Assembly: GCA_963717365.1 (NCBI GenBank)
Contig: OY970327.1
Location: 523,599 to 587,598, forward strand
Source: Candidatus Saccharimonadia bacterium
GTDB lineage: Bacteria; Patescibacteriota; Saccharimonadia; Saccharimonadales; 2-12-FULL-41-12
Direction: 5' to 3'
Length of the DNA: 64,000 nucleotides
Shown here: positions 10,245-18,831 of the stretch, piece by piece
Numbering within the stretch: position 1 is the stretch's first letter
How the letters are laid out: each line of letters opens with the position of its first letter
Translations under genes and position numbers: made by a program
Notes under the pieces: model-generated
What the model was told of the DNA's origin: nothing
Seen by the model: the letters and a program-made list of their open reading frames with translations, nothing else
Databases searched by the model: none

Positions 10245-11504
10245 ATGAATGACGACGTGCGTCATCCTCGGGTTGAAGAAAATAGCGAGGATAAAAATAA
10301 AAAATTAACTAGCGATACAGACGCCCAGGAGTCAACCACACCAGCATCTGAGTCGTCAGTTCCACCTCTGCTTAGTCAAGAAGAGGGTTTTGCTGCGGCC
10401 AAAGCTAACGGGTCACGAACGATTAAACAACGACATTTGCGATTTGTGGTCGCATTCCGACATGCTACAAAAAAACAACAGATCATAGGTGGTGCAGTCA
10501 TAGCAGTCCTCTTGATTGCAGGCAGCGGGGGAATCTATGCACTACATAAAAGTTTGAGTAAAGGCCCGCCTAATGTAGCGGCGCCTGTCGTAGAACGCGC
10601 TGCCGAGCCTCCTAAGCCAACCACTGAAGCTTCCCGTCTAACTGGCGAACAAATCGACCCGGCGCTTAATAAGCGGCCTATTACTGGCATTATGATTGAA
10701 AATAGTCCTGATGCTCGGCCGCAGTCCGGCATGAATCAAGCTGGGGTAATTTATGAAGCTATTGCCGAAGGCGGCATTACTCGTTTCCTTTGCTTGTTTC
10801 AGCAAACACAACCTGACTATATTGGTCCGGTCCGGTCGGTCCGCCCCTATTATGTTGATTACTTACTGCCATATGATGCCTCAATCGTACATGCCGGCGG
10901 TAGTGCTGGTGGGCTGGCGAAAGTGCGCGATATGGGAGTCAAAGACCTTGACCATGGCGCCAACGGCGGTGCCTTCCAGCGTGTCAGCGATCGCTTCGCA
11001 CCACATAACCTCTATACCAGCATGGCCAAACTGGATGAAGTTTCCGCAGCTCGCGGCTATGTAACCAGTGACGTTAAAAGCCTTGCCCGCAAAGAAGAGA
11101 AGCCTGGACAGCCAATAACTGCTAAAGCTATTAATATCTCTATGTCTTCGCCGCTTTATGATGTGCATTATGATTATGATCCGGTAACTAATAACTACCT
11201 GCGCACCCTCGGCGGGAGACCGCACACTGACCAACGCAGTGGACAACAGTTATCACCAAAAGTCGTTATTGCCCTCGCTGCGAGTTACTCTCAAAGTGGC
11301 ATATACTCGGTCTATCAAACTAACGGTACCGGACGGGCTTATATCTTCCAAGATGGTACTGCACAGCAAGTAAGCTGGACTAAAGCCAGTGAGCGTGACC
11401 AGATTGTTTTCACTGATGATGCCGGCAAACCGGTAGCACTTAATGCCGGACAGACTTGGTTTACCGTTGTGAAAGATCCAAATGCCGTTACCTTTATACC
11501 GTAG
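10245..11504 (+). CDS. DUF3048 domain-containing membrane-anchored protein
   Basis: ARPQSGMNQAGVIYEAIAEGGITRFLCLF and VRSVRPYY segments typical of DUF3048. The ATG at 10245 is preferred over the ORF-track start at 10194. Confidence 0.6.
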   Translation: MNDDVRHPRVEENSEDKNKKLTSDTDAQESTTPASESSVPPLLSQEEGFAAAKANGSRTIKQRHLRFVVAFRHATKKQQIIGGAVIAVLLIAGSGGIYALHKSLSKGPPNVAAPVVERAAEPPKPTTEASRLTGEQIDPALNKRPITGIMIENSPDARPQSGMNQAGVIYEAIAEGGITRFLCLFQQTQPDYIGPVRSVRPYYVDYLLPYDASIVHAGGSAGGLAKVRDMGVKDLDHGANGGAFQRVSDRFAPHNLYTSMAKLDEVSAARGYVTSDVKSLARKEEKPGQPITAKAINISMSSPLYDVHYDYDPVTNNYLRTLGGRPHTDQRSGQQLSPKVVIALAASYSQSGIYSVYQTNGTGRAYIFQDGTAQQVSWTKASERDQIVFTDDAGKPVALNAGQTWFTVVKDPNAVTFIP

Positions 11505-11531
11505 TAACAGCAAACTGACAGCAGGCCACTA

Positions 11532-13061
11532 ATGGAGCAGGGCTTCATTCAGACGTTTGTACGAGGTGCCCAGACTCGTTTAATAGGGTGGTTTACTCTA
11601 AACGGCTTACTACTTGTAGGGGTTGGATGGATAATACATCAGTATCTTACTGATGACTGGCTTATTATTGCTGGAGGAATGACTGCCGTCGCTCTCATTA
11701 GTGCCATGTTTCTTGGACGCTTAGTTGGCGATATAATAACTAAGCCGACTAGTTATATTTCTCAAGCCATCCTTCATATTTCACCGTCCGAGCAGCTGGT
11801 GGCCGCTCCAAATGTCGATGAACTTAGATTTGGCAAGGAACTAGCCAGTAACTTAACCCGCCACATTTACAGCTACGCGTCGGCGGCACACAGCGACCTC
11901 ACGCAGCCGCAAACGCTACCTCCCGGTTTACTCGATCAGTTGCCGATTGCCGTTATAGGTATCAATGAAGAGGGGGTCATCACGCTTGCCAATAGCAAAG
12001 CACTTAAAACTATCCGGGCAGAGTCGCTGGCTGGACAAAAGCTAGATGATGTACTGATATTTGTCTCCGACGATACTATTTCACTGAAAGATTGGCTGGT
12101 CTCAACTAGCGAAGCGAATTTGAACGATTTGAATTCATGGCCCAAAATGGAAATTAGCGCTGTTAAAGATGCTGCGTCGCTCGGATATTTCGATGTGGCA
12201 GCCAGCTTTAGCAAGCACAGCGCCAGCGGTACAGAAACACTAATCGCGTTGTATGACCACAGTGACGCCTACAGTGATGAAACTGCCTCGATCAGTTTCA
12301 TATCACTGGCCGTGCACGAACTCCGCACCCCTGTAACTATTTTGCGCGGCTACATTGAAGCGTTTGAAGAAGAACTGGGTCCCGGCCTAAATCCGGAAGC
12401 AGCTGATTATCTGAAAAAAATGAACGCTTCAGCCGAAGGCGTAACCAGCTTTATAACCAATATTCTCAATGTTGCCCGCATCAACCAAAACCAGCTGGCT
12501 CTCAATCTGGGCGAAGGCGACTGGAATACCGTTTTGCCAGAAATAGTTGAAGAGCTGCGCAACCGGGCAGCCGTCTATGGCAAACAACTGACACTCACTA
12601 TGCAGCCGGGCTTGCCGGCGGCCGCAATCGATCGACTCACTATTGGTGAAGTTATTACCAACTTGGTCGATAATGCCATTAAATACAGCCCCGGTAACGC
12701 TGAAGACATTGCAATTACCAGTAAATTAAACGCCGAAGGATTGATCGAGACCTCTGTCCAGGATCATGGCGTCGGTATACCCGGTTCTGTTATGCCTAAC
12801 TTGTTCAGTAAATTTTCGCGTAATCATCGTAATAAAGCCCAGATTGGCGGCACTGGTCTGGGCCTATATCTGTGCAAAGCCATTGTAACGGCTCACGACG
12901 GTAATATTTGGGTTAGCTCCAAAGAAAATGAAGGCAGTACCTTTAGTTTTACTCTTGTTCCGTTTGACCAGCTTGCCAAGGAACTACAAACCAACAATAA
13001 TGAAGGTATTGTACGCGGCTCGCACGGCTGGATCAAAAATCATTCAATGCAACGAAGGTAA
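11532..13061 (+). CDS. sensor histidine kinase
   Basis: Two N-terminal TM helices. H-box LAVHELRTPVT. G2 box GGTGLGLYLCKAIV. Confidence 0.9.
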   Translation: MEQGFIQTFVRGAQTRLIGWFTLNGLLLVGVGWIIHQYLTDDWLIIAGGMTAVALISAMFLGRLVGDIITKPTSYISQAILHISPSEQLVAAPNVDELRFGKELASNLTRHIYSYASAAHSDLTQPQTLPPGLLDQLPIAVIGINEEGVITLANSKALKTIRAESLAGQKLDDVLIFVSDDTISLKDWLVSTSEANLNDLNSWPKMEISAVKDAASLGYFDVAASFSKHSASGTETLIALYDHSDAYSDETASISFISLAVHELRTPVTILRGYIEAFEEELGPGLNPEAADYLKKMNASAEGVTSFITNILNVARINQNQLALNLGEGDWNTVLPEIVEELRNRAAVYGKQLTLTMQPGLPAAAIDRLTIGEVITNLVDNAIKYSPGNAEDIAITSKLNAEGLIETSVQDHGVGIPGSVMPNLFSKFSRNHRNKAQIGGTGLGLYLCKAIVTAHDGNIWVSSKENEGSTFSFTLVPFDQLAKELQTNNNEGIVRGSHGWIKNHSMQRR

Positions 13062-13063
13062 TT

Positions 13064-13462
13064 ATGGAATTAACCCAGGAACCAATCCAAACTCCGCCGG
13101 CTGGCAAACGCGTCCTTTGCATAGAAGACGAACGCTTTATTGGAGAACTCTACCGGCGCTCGCTTGAAAAAGCCGGCTACACCGTAGACGTTATCCCGGA
13201 CGGCCAGGCAGGCCTGGACGCGGCCCTCACTAACACCTACGATGTTATCCTGCTTGATATTATGATCCCACAAATGCTGGGGATTGACGTGCTTCACCGC
13301 CTGCGAACTGAAAAACCAGATCTCCGGGCTAAGATTATTATTACGACTAACTTGGAGCAAGGTGATAAATCACGCCATGCCATTGAGCAGGAAGCCGACG
13401 GCTATCTTATTAAAGCCGAGATCACGCCGCGCCAGCTCGTAGAATTCATCGGCCAAATCTAG
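13064..13462 (+). CDS. response regulator, receiver domain only
   Basis: Receiver motifs VLCIEDE, ILLDIMIP (phospho-Asp) and YLIKA. There is no output domain. It starts 2 nt after the kinase stop. Confidence 0.9.
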   Translation: MELTQEPIQTPPAGKRVLCIEDERFIGELYRRSLEKAGYTVDVIPDGQAGLDAALTNTYDVILLDIMIPQMLGIDVLHRLRTEKPDLRAKIIITTNLEQGDKSRHAIEQEADGYLIKAEITPRQLVEFIGQI

Positions 13463-13494
13463 CGCCGAGCAACTATTTAGCAACATCTCAACTT

Positions 13495-13543
13495 GTACTA
13501 TACCTCTGCTTCATTAGAACTTAATGAAGTGCCGGTATAGTAC
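13495..13543 (+). terminator. hairpin downstream of the response regulator, related in sequence to the 8653 hairpin
   Basis: GTACTATACC (13495-13504) pairs with GGTATAGTAC (13534-13543). CTTCATTA (13509-13516) pairs with TAATGAAG (13522-13529). There is no U-tract. Confidence 0.4.
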
Positions 13544-13835
13544 CTTCTAGCTATAGCTCTATTTCTGACGAAGATTAACAAAATTACGTCATAATTTCAG
13601 AAAATTTTAAGACTTGCGCCAACCACATAAGCAGGACTATAGTTATAGCACTAGCAATCACACTACGGTCCCTGTGCGCTTACATATTCAATATTAACTT
13701 CCTGTTACGAGCTCGCGATGGACGGTCGCAACACTTTACCAGGCAGTTCTCTCGGGGCAACCCCTCTAAATCCCGTTCACTAACTACTATTAAACGTATG
13801 TTGGTGCTCTTGATGTGCATCAGAGAAAAGAGAGA

Positions 13836-14084
13836 ATGAATATGTCACTTATCAACGAAACTGTTAATGTAAACGCCTTTTACTTCGCCACTAGCTTTGG
13901 TACGCTGCGGACTTTTCCGCGCCAAGTAGAACACGGCGGCCGCAACTTAACCTTCCAGGACGGCCTGCAATACCTGGTACAGAAAGGGCAGCATGCTGTG
14001 CGTTTCTTCGACATGAGCGATGGCGAACACACCTACCGTCTGCGCTATGAAAACAATATCTGGACGTTAGTGGGGACAAAATAA
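13836..14084 (+). CDS. hypothetical small protein, first gene of the umuDC-like cassette
   Basis: 82-aa ORF. Its TAA stop overlaps the ATG of the next gene (TAATG at 14082-14086). Confidence 0.45.
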   Translation: MNMSLINETVNVNAFYFATSFGTLRTFPRQVEHGGRNLTFQDGLQYLVQKGQHAVRFFDMSDGEHTYRLRYENNIWTLVGTK

Positions 14085-14428
14085 TGGCTCTGGACGAACA
14101 ACAACTCAGTACCTTAGGTGTTTCTATCCACGCCGGCTTTCCCAACGCCGCCATCGGTTCGCATGCCCGGTCGCTTGACCTTACCAAACTACTAATCCGC
14201 CACCCGGCCAGCACCTTCCTGATGCGGCTCGACAGCAACACCTGGGCGCGTTACGGCATGTTTGCCGGTGATATTGTGGTTGTAGACCGTTCCATCAGCC
14301 CGCAGCGCCAAGACATCGTTATATGGTGCCAGGAAGACGAATTTACCATGACTAAGCTCAAAAATGTCCCAGAAGGCACGCCTGTATGGGGCGCCGTCAG
14401 TTCCGTCATCCACCAGTTCAAAAAGTAA
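14084..14428 (+). CDS. UmuD-like S24 peptidase (LexA C-terminal-domain family)
   Basis: It aligns by eye to UmuD: HAGFPNAA (Ala-Gly cleavage-site position), LLIRHPASTFLMRLDS (Ser), GDIVVVD, EFTMTKL (Lys). Confidence 0.65.
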   Translation: MALDEQQLSTLGVSIHAGFPNAAIGSHARSLDLTKLLIRHPASTFLMRLDSNTWARYGMFAGDIVVVDRSISPQRQDIVIWCQEDEFTMTKLKNVPEGTPVWGAVSSVIHQFKK

Positions 14429-14447
14429 CTCCCTAGAGTTAAATCCT

Positions 14448-15728
14448 ATGACACAGCCATTATTTGCCTTGATTGATTGCAATAACTTCTTCGCTTCCTG
14501 CGAACAGGTCTTCCGGCCGGGATTGGCCGGCAAACCGCTTGTCGTGCTCAGCTGTAACGACGGCTGCGTTATCGCCCGGAGCGCGGAAGCCAGGGCACTC
14601 AACATTCCTATGGCAGCACCAGCTTTCAAATATAAAGAGCTGTTTAAACAACATGGTGTTCTCCAGTTTTCGGCTAATTTTGAACTGTATGGTGATATCT
14701 CGCGGCGCATCACCGAAATCCTTACTAGTATTACGCCCCGGCTGGAGGTGTATTCGATTGACGAGTCTTTCCTTGATATCAGCCAGTTGGATATTCCAGA
14801 TTACACCGAGTGGGCAGCCCGGCTGCGGCAAATTATTTTTCAGTGGGTTGGCGTACCGGTCAGCATTGGCATAGCGCCCAGTAAAACGCTGGCTAAGCTG
14901 GCCGGGGAACGGGCCAAGAGAGACCTGTCGTTAGGCGGAATTTTGTCGCTAGAACAACCTATGGATAGGGAACAATACTTGCGCCAAACACCAGTGGAAG
15001 ATATTTGGGGCATCGGACGGAAACTAGGACCGCGTCTGCGGGCAACAAGCATAGCCACCGCGGCCGACGTGGCCCGGTTGAGCCCACTGCAGGGACGTGG
15101 ACTGATTGGCTCAATACATGGCGAAAAACTAGTCCGAGAACTAGGTGGGCAAAGCTGTTATCCACTAGAGCGGCTGCACAAAGACCAGGTCATGATCAGC
15201 GCCAGTCGCACCTTTGGCAATGACACCACCCAGCAGCACGTCGTGGAAAGCGCCCTGGCTAGTTTTGTGGCCCGCGCCAGCCAGCGGCTACGCGTTAGCC
15301 ACCGGGTAGCCACCCGGCTCAGTATTTTTCTGTCAACCGATCGCCACAAACCAGGCTACCGCGGCTGGGGCAAAGAACTTGTCTTAGACCAGCCTACCGC
15401 TGACACCGGAATCCTGATTAGTCTCGCTGCCCAGATATTCGATACAATTTACGAAAAGGGGGCACAGTACCATCGAGGAGGAATAGTATTAAGCGGTTTT
15501 GTGGCTGACAGCGAACTGCAGACCGATCTGCTGGGCCTGAGAAGCCCCACGGTGTTTGACCGCTCCCGGCAGCGTATGCAAGCGGTAGACGCCCTGCAGA
15601 CCCGCTACGGCCGTCAAACCATGTACTATGCCGCCGAAAAGCTAGCTGGTGACTGGCAGCCCCGGGTAAACATCCGCAGCCCGCGCTACACCACATGTTG
15701 GGAGGATCTGCCCAAGGTAATAGCCTAG
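14448..15728 (+). CDS. Y-family DNA polymerase, UmuC-like
   Basis: FALIDCNNFFASCEQVFRP...PLVVLSCNDGCVIARSAEARALNIPM...YSIDESFLD closely parallels the UmuC N-terminus. The true start is the ATG at 14448, not 14364. Confidence 0.85.
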   Translation: MTQPLFALIDCNNFFASCEQVFRPGLAGKPLVVLSCNDGCVIARSAEARALNIPMAAPAFKYKELFKQHGVLQFSANFELYGDISRRITEILTSITPRLEVYSIDESFLDISQLDIPDYTEWAARLRQIIFQWVGVPVSIGIAPSKTLAKLAGERAKRDLSLGGILSLEQPMDREQYLRQTPVEDIWGIGRKLGPRLRATSIATAADVARLSPLQGRGLIGSIHGEKLVRELGGQSCYPLERLHKDQVMISASRTFGNDTTQQHVVESALASFVARASQRLRVSHRVATRLSIFLSTDRHKPGYRGWGKELVLDQPTADTGILISLAAQIFDTIYEKGAQYHRGGIVLSGFVADSELQTDLLGLRSPTVFDRSRQRMQAVDALQTRYGRQTMYYAAEKLAGDWQPRVNIRSPRYTTCWEDLPKVIA

Positions 15729-15781
15729 GAGGTTGTGTATAATAAATCTAAACTAAGCGCAAAGAAAACGGGAGCTTTATT

Positions 15782-16441
15782 ATGGCACAAGTTGATAATC
15801 CGGAATCATTAGTAGTGGATTTGTACGATCGCGGCTTTATAAAGTTTAACAATACTGAGCTTAACTCTGGCATACAATCCCCAATTTATATTGATTTGCA
15901 TGGCTTTGGTTCAGTTGATATCACCTCTGATCTTTCTCCTGCTAAACAGATTGATATCCGCGAGAGAATAACAGACGCCTATGCGTTGCAACTTGAGCAA
16001 TTTAATGGCTGTGATCATATTGTGGGCGTGCCTGAAGGAGGTTTGACTATAGCAGGTTTTGTCGGCTACGATTCCCAACGATCAGTTCTGCAGCCACGAG
16101 TAAAGCCTAAGCAACATGGCCAGCCCGTCAGTCTGCAGGGCAATTTTATTCCAGGACAATCAGTCATATTAATAGACGATGTGATTAGCACCGGTGATTC
16201 AGTCCTGAAGACTAAAGCTCAAGTAGAACAACAGGGTCTACGAATTCCTGGCGTAGCAGTTGTGGTTGATCGAGAACAAGGTGGTCGAGAAACATTGTTT
16301 CAACACGGTCTGCGGGTAGAAGCAGCGATTGGCATGTCGACGCTCATTGCAATCCTTGCCAGCGAACGAAAGATCGAGCAGACACATGCCGAGATGCTCC
16401 AAAGCTATTTTGCTCAATACTCTGCTAAGCCTGCGTCTTAG
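15782..16441 (+). CDS. orotate phosphoribosyltransferase-like PRTase
   Basis: PRPP-binding motif VILIDDVISTGDS. N-terminus FNNTELNSGIQSPIYIDL resembles PyrE. The SD is GGGAG. Confidence 0.7.
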   Translation: MAQVDNPESLVVDLYDRGFIKFNNTELNSGIQSPIYIDLHGFGSVDITSDLSPAKQIDIRERITDAYALQLEQFNGCDHIVGVPEGGLTIAGFVGYDSQRSVLQPRVKPKQHGQPVSLQGNFIPGQSVILIDDVISTGDSVLKTKAQVEQQGLRIPGVAVVVDREQGGRETLFQHGLRVEAAIGMSTLIAILASERKIEQTHAEMLQSYFAQYSAKPAS

Positions 16442-16450
16442 ATACAATTC

Positions 16451-17986
16451 TCATTCCCACTCAATCGTCCCCGGCGGCTTGGAAGTAATATCGTAAACCA
16501 CTCGGTTCACCCCTTTGACTTCGCTAATTATTCGGTCGGCGATTCTACCAAGCGTGGCGTGCGGCAGTCGTGCCCAGTCGGCCGTCATGCCGTCGGTTGA
16601 TTCTACGGCTCGTATAGCAATGACTTGCTCGTAGGTGCGGGCATCACCCATAACGCCGACTGATTTAATAGGGAGCAGCACTGCGAAGTATTGCCAGAGG
16701 TCTTTCTTGATATCCAAGACGTCGATTTCTTGGCGTACAATGGCGTCAGCCGCTTGAAGCAGGGCAACAGCTTCCGGCGTGACCTCACCAATAATCCGGA
16801 TGGCCAAACCAGGCCCAGGGAAAGGCTGGCGCTGGGTGACTTTTTCGGCCAAGCCCAGCTCGCGGCCAATTACCCGGACTTCGTCTTTAAAAAGTTCGCG
16901 CAGCGGCTCAAGCAGTTTTAATTTCATTTTTTTAGGCAAACCGCCGACATTATGATGCGACTTAATAGTGACCGATGAACCGTGTACCGAGACCGATTCG
17001 ATTACATCCGGATAAAGCGTGCCTTGCACTAGATAATCTACTCCTTGGATTTTGTGGGCTTCCTCGTCAAATATTTTTATAAACTCGGCACCGATAATTT
17101 TGCGCTTGGTCTCGGGATCTGTTATGCCTTTTAGTTTGCTTAAAAACCGGTCGGCGGCACGGACCGGGATTACATTCAGGCCGACTTGCTTGTAAATTGA
17201 CAGCACTTCATCATATTCACCTTTGCGTAGCACGCCAGTATCAACAAATACACAGGTCTGCTGGCTCCCCACGGCTTTATTAACTAGCGTAGCAGCCACA
17301 GATGAGTCCACGCCGCCGGAGAGGGCACAGACTACGTTACTTGCGCCCACCAAAGCTTTTATTCGGGCTAACTCGGTTTTTATAAACACGTTTGGCACCC
17401 AGTCTTTTGAAAAGTCGCTGATCTCTGTTAAGAATAGTTCGAGGATTTGCGTGCCTTGCTGGGAGTGGCTGACCTCAGGATGAAATTGTAATCCAAACAG
17501 CTGTTTGGATGAATTTTCAATGGCGCAAATAATACCGTTGCTAGTAGCAGTCACTACAAAATCCTTAGGCGGAACTGTCACGTGATCGCCATGGCTCATC
17601 CAGATCTGGCTTTGTGCGGCGTCTGACGGGAGCAAGTTGCTTTCAGCTGTTGCTTTGAGTTTAGCCAGACCATATTCCCGTTTCTGCGATGACTCTACCG
17701 TGCCACCTAGTGTCTTTGCGATCAGCTGTAGTCCATAGCAGATACCAAGCACGGGGACGCCTAAATCCAGGATTTTTTTATCAAGCTGTGGAGCTGTTGT
17801 GTCATAGACCGAGTTAGGGCCACCTGATAAGATGATAGCTTTAGGTTGATGACGATTTATATCTTCTACGCTCGCTGTGTAGGGAAGAATTACGCTATAG
17901 ACGCGCAGTTCACGGGCCCGGCGGGCAATCAACTGTGTATACTGCGAACCAAAATCAATAATTACAAGAGTTTCGTTTATTTCCAT
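16451..17986 (-). CDS. guaA: GMP synthase (glutamine-hydrolysing)
   Basis: A GATase domain (GICYGLQ), the ATP-PPase loop SGGVDSS, and the C-terminus PPGTIEWE. Confidence 0.95.
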   Translation of the reverse strand: MEINETLVIIDFGSQYTQLIARRARELRVYSVILPYTASVEDINRHQPKAIILSGGPNSVYDTTAPQLDKKILDLGVPVLGICYGLQLIAKTLGGTVESSQKREYGLAKLKATAESNLLPSDAAQSQIWMSHGDHVTVPPKDFVVTATSNGIICAIENSSKQLFGLQFHPEVSHSQQGTQILELFLTEISDFSKDWVPNVFIKTELARIKALVGASNVVCALSGGVDSSVAATLVNKAVGSQQTCVFVDTGVLRKGEYDEVLSIYKQVGLNVIPVRAADRFLSKLKGITDPETKRKIIGAEFIKIFDEEAHKIQGVDYLVQGTLYPDVIESVSVHGSSVTIKSHHNVGGLPKKMKLKLLEPLRELFKDEVRVIGRELGLAEKVTQRQPFPGPGLAIRIIGEVTPEAVALLQAADAIVRQEIDVLDIKKDLWQYFAVLLPIKSVGVMGDARTYEQVIAIRAVESTDGMTADWARLPHATLGRIADRIISEVKGVNRVVYDITSKPPGTIEWE

Positions 17987-18043
17987 ACTTTATTCTACGG
18001 CTAAACGGCAGGGGAAGTAAAACTAGTTAGCTGATTTTTTGCT

Positions 18044-18424
18044 TTAATCACTCTCGACGCTAGAGTGCGTAGTGATATTTTGAAGAAGCCGCAAGGCGTT
18101 GTTTCCTAGCCTGTAGCGGCGGGCGCATTTCTCAATTCGATCCTGATCATCGTGATTGTCCAATAGTGCATCAACACGTTCTTCAGTAGTATCAGCCAGA
18201 TAACGAAGTTTTTTCACGAGTGTATCTGGTCTGGAGGCGCGATATGACTGCGGAACAGTGTGCCACCGGGCTACTGCTTGCTGATATTCGGTTACAACAC
18301 CTTCGTCTGCGAACTCAAGCACAAAATCGTTATGCTCTTGAAAAGCCGCGCTGACTGTTTCTACTTCGTCCATGTTTACGAAATCGATTCTAATTTTACC
18401 ATTTGGTGACTGACTATATTCCAT
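18044..18424 (-). CDS. hypothetical acidic protein
   Basis: The ATG at 18424 lies 7 nt downstream of TATAAT (18432-18437, minus sense). The ORF-track start at 18466 is unlikely. Confidence 0.45.
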   Translation of the reverse strand: MEYSQSPNGKIRIDFVNMDEVETVSAAFQEHNDFVLEFADEGVVTEYQQAVARWHTVPQSYRASRPDTLVKKLRYLADTTEERVDALLDNHDDQDRIEKCARRYRLGNNALRLLQNITTHSSVESD

Positions 18425-18473
18425 GTCTAAAATTATATAGTACGGCGCGCAAATGAACATGAGCACTATACTT

Positions 18474-18492
18474 TGGTGACCTCACCGGGAAT
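18474..18492 (-). repeat. 19-nt duplicate of the tRNA-Glu 3' end (att-like direct repeat)
   Basis: TGGTGACCTCACCGGGAAT occurs at 18474-18492 and again at 18627-18645, inside tRNA-Glu. Confidence 0.8.
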
Positions 18493-18554
18493 ATCCCTGA
18501 GGGATGCGATCGGCAGCAGTGCTCAAAGCAAGCTTTTGCGCGCTGCTTTGATCT

Positions 18555-18570
18555 TCGAACCTAGGTTCGA
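18555..18570. promoter_or_regulatory. perfect 16-bp palindrome TCGAACCTAGGTTCGA (LexA/SOS-box-like)
   Basis: It matches CGAAC-N4-GTTCG exactly. It is followed by GTTCGCTGCGCGAAC (18572-18586). Confidence 0.35.
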
Positions 18571-18590
18571 GGTTCGCTGCGCGAACTAAC

Positions 18591-18626
18591 CACGTAAAAA
18601 GCCCTCCTGAAGGAGAGCCTTTTACG
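18591..18626 (-). terminator. intrinsic terminator after tRNA-Glu
   Basis: Minus-sense AGGCUCUCC-UUCA-GGAGGGCU followed by UUUUU. The stem can be extended by CACGTAAAA pairing with TTTTACGTG. Confidence 0.65.
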
Positions 18627-18701
18627 TGGTGACCTCACCGGGAATCGAACCCGGATTGCCAGGATGAGAACCTGGTGTCCTAACCGTTAGACGATGAGGC
18701 C
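18627..18701 (-). tRNA. tRNA-Glu (anticodon CTC), CCA encoded
   Basis: Minus-sense sequence GGCCTCATCGTCTAACGGTTAGGACACCAGGTTCTCATCCTGGCAATCCGGGTTCGATTCCCGGTGAGGTCACCA. Confidence 0.9.
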
Positions 18702-18831
18702 ACATGATTAATTGTTAACAGTTTATTACCGCCTGTATAGTAACTTATAGCATTTACAACAGTCCGAAAATAAGTATCTAACGGCTCGAAATTATACTAC
18801 ACGGTGGCCCTGTTGTATACTGTTAGGAACA

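Noticed and set aside
13792-13803. AAAC-GTAT-GTTG upstream of the umuDC-like cassette, as a possible LexA box.
   Set aside because: It has two mismatches in the eight core positions of GAAC-N4-GTTC and no flanking palindromy. It is too weak to annotate as a feature and is mentioned only within the cassette finding.
14192-14713. Long antisense or overlapping ORFs in the track. Examples are 14192-14713(-), 22761-23183(-), 35459-35878(+), 40491-40835(-), 63001-63366(+), and many 60-120-aa ORFs inside conserved genes.
   Set aside because: In each case the opposite or alternative frame encodes a protein with clear family motifs (umuC, der, mraY, yvcK-like, ctp). The shadow ORFs have biased, low-complexity composition.
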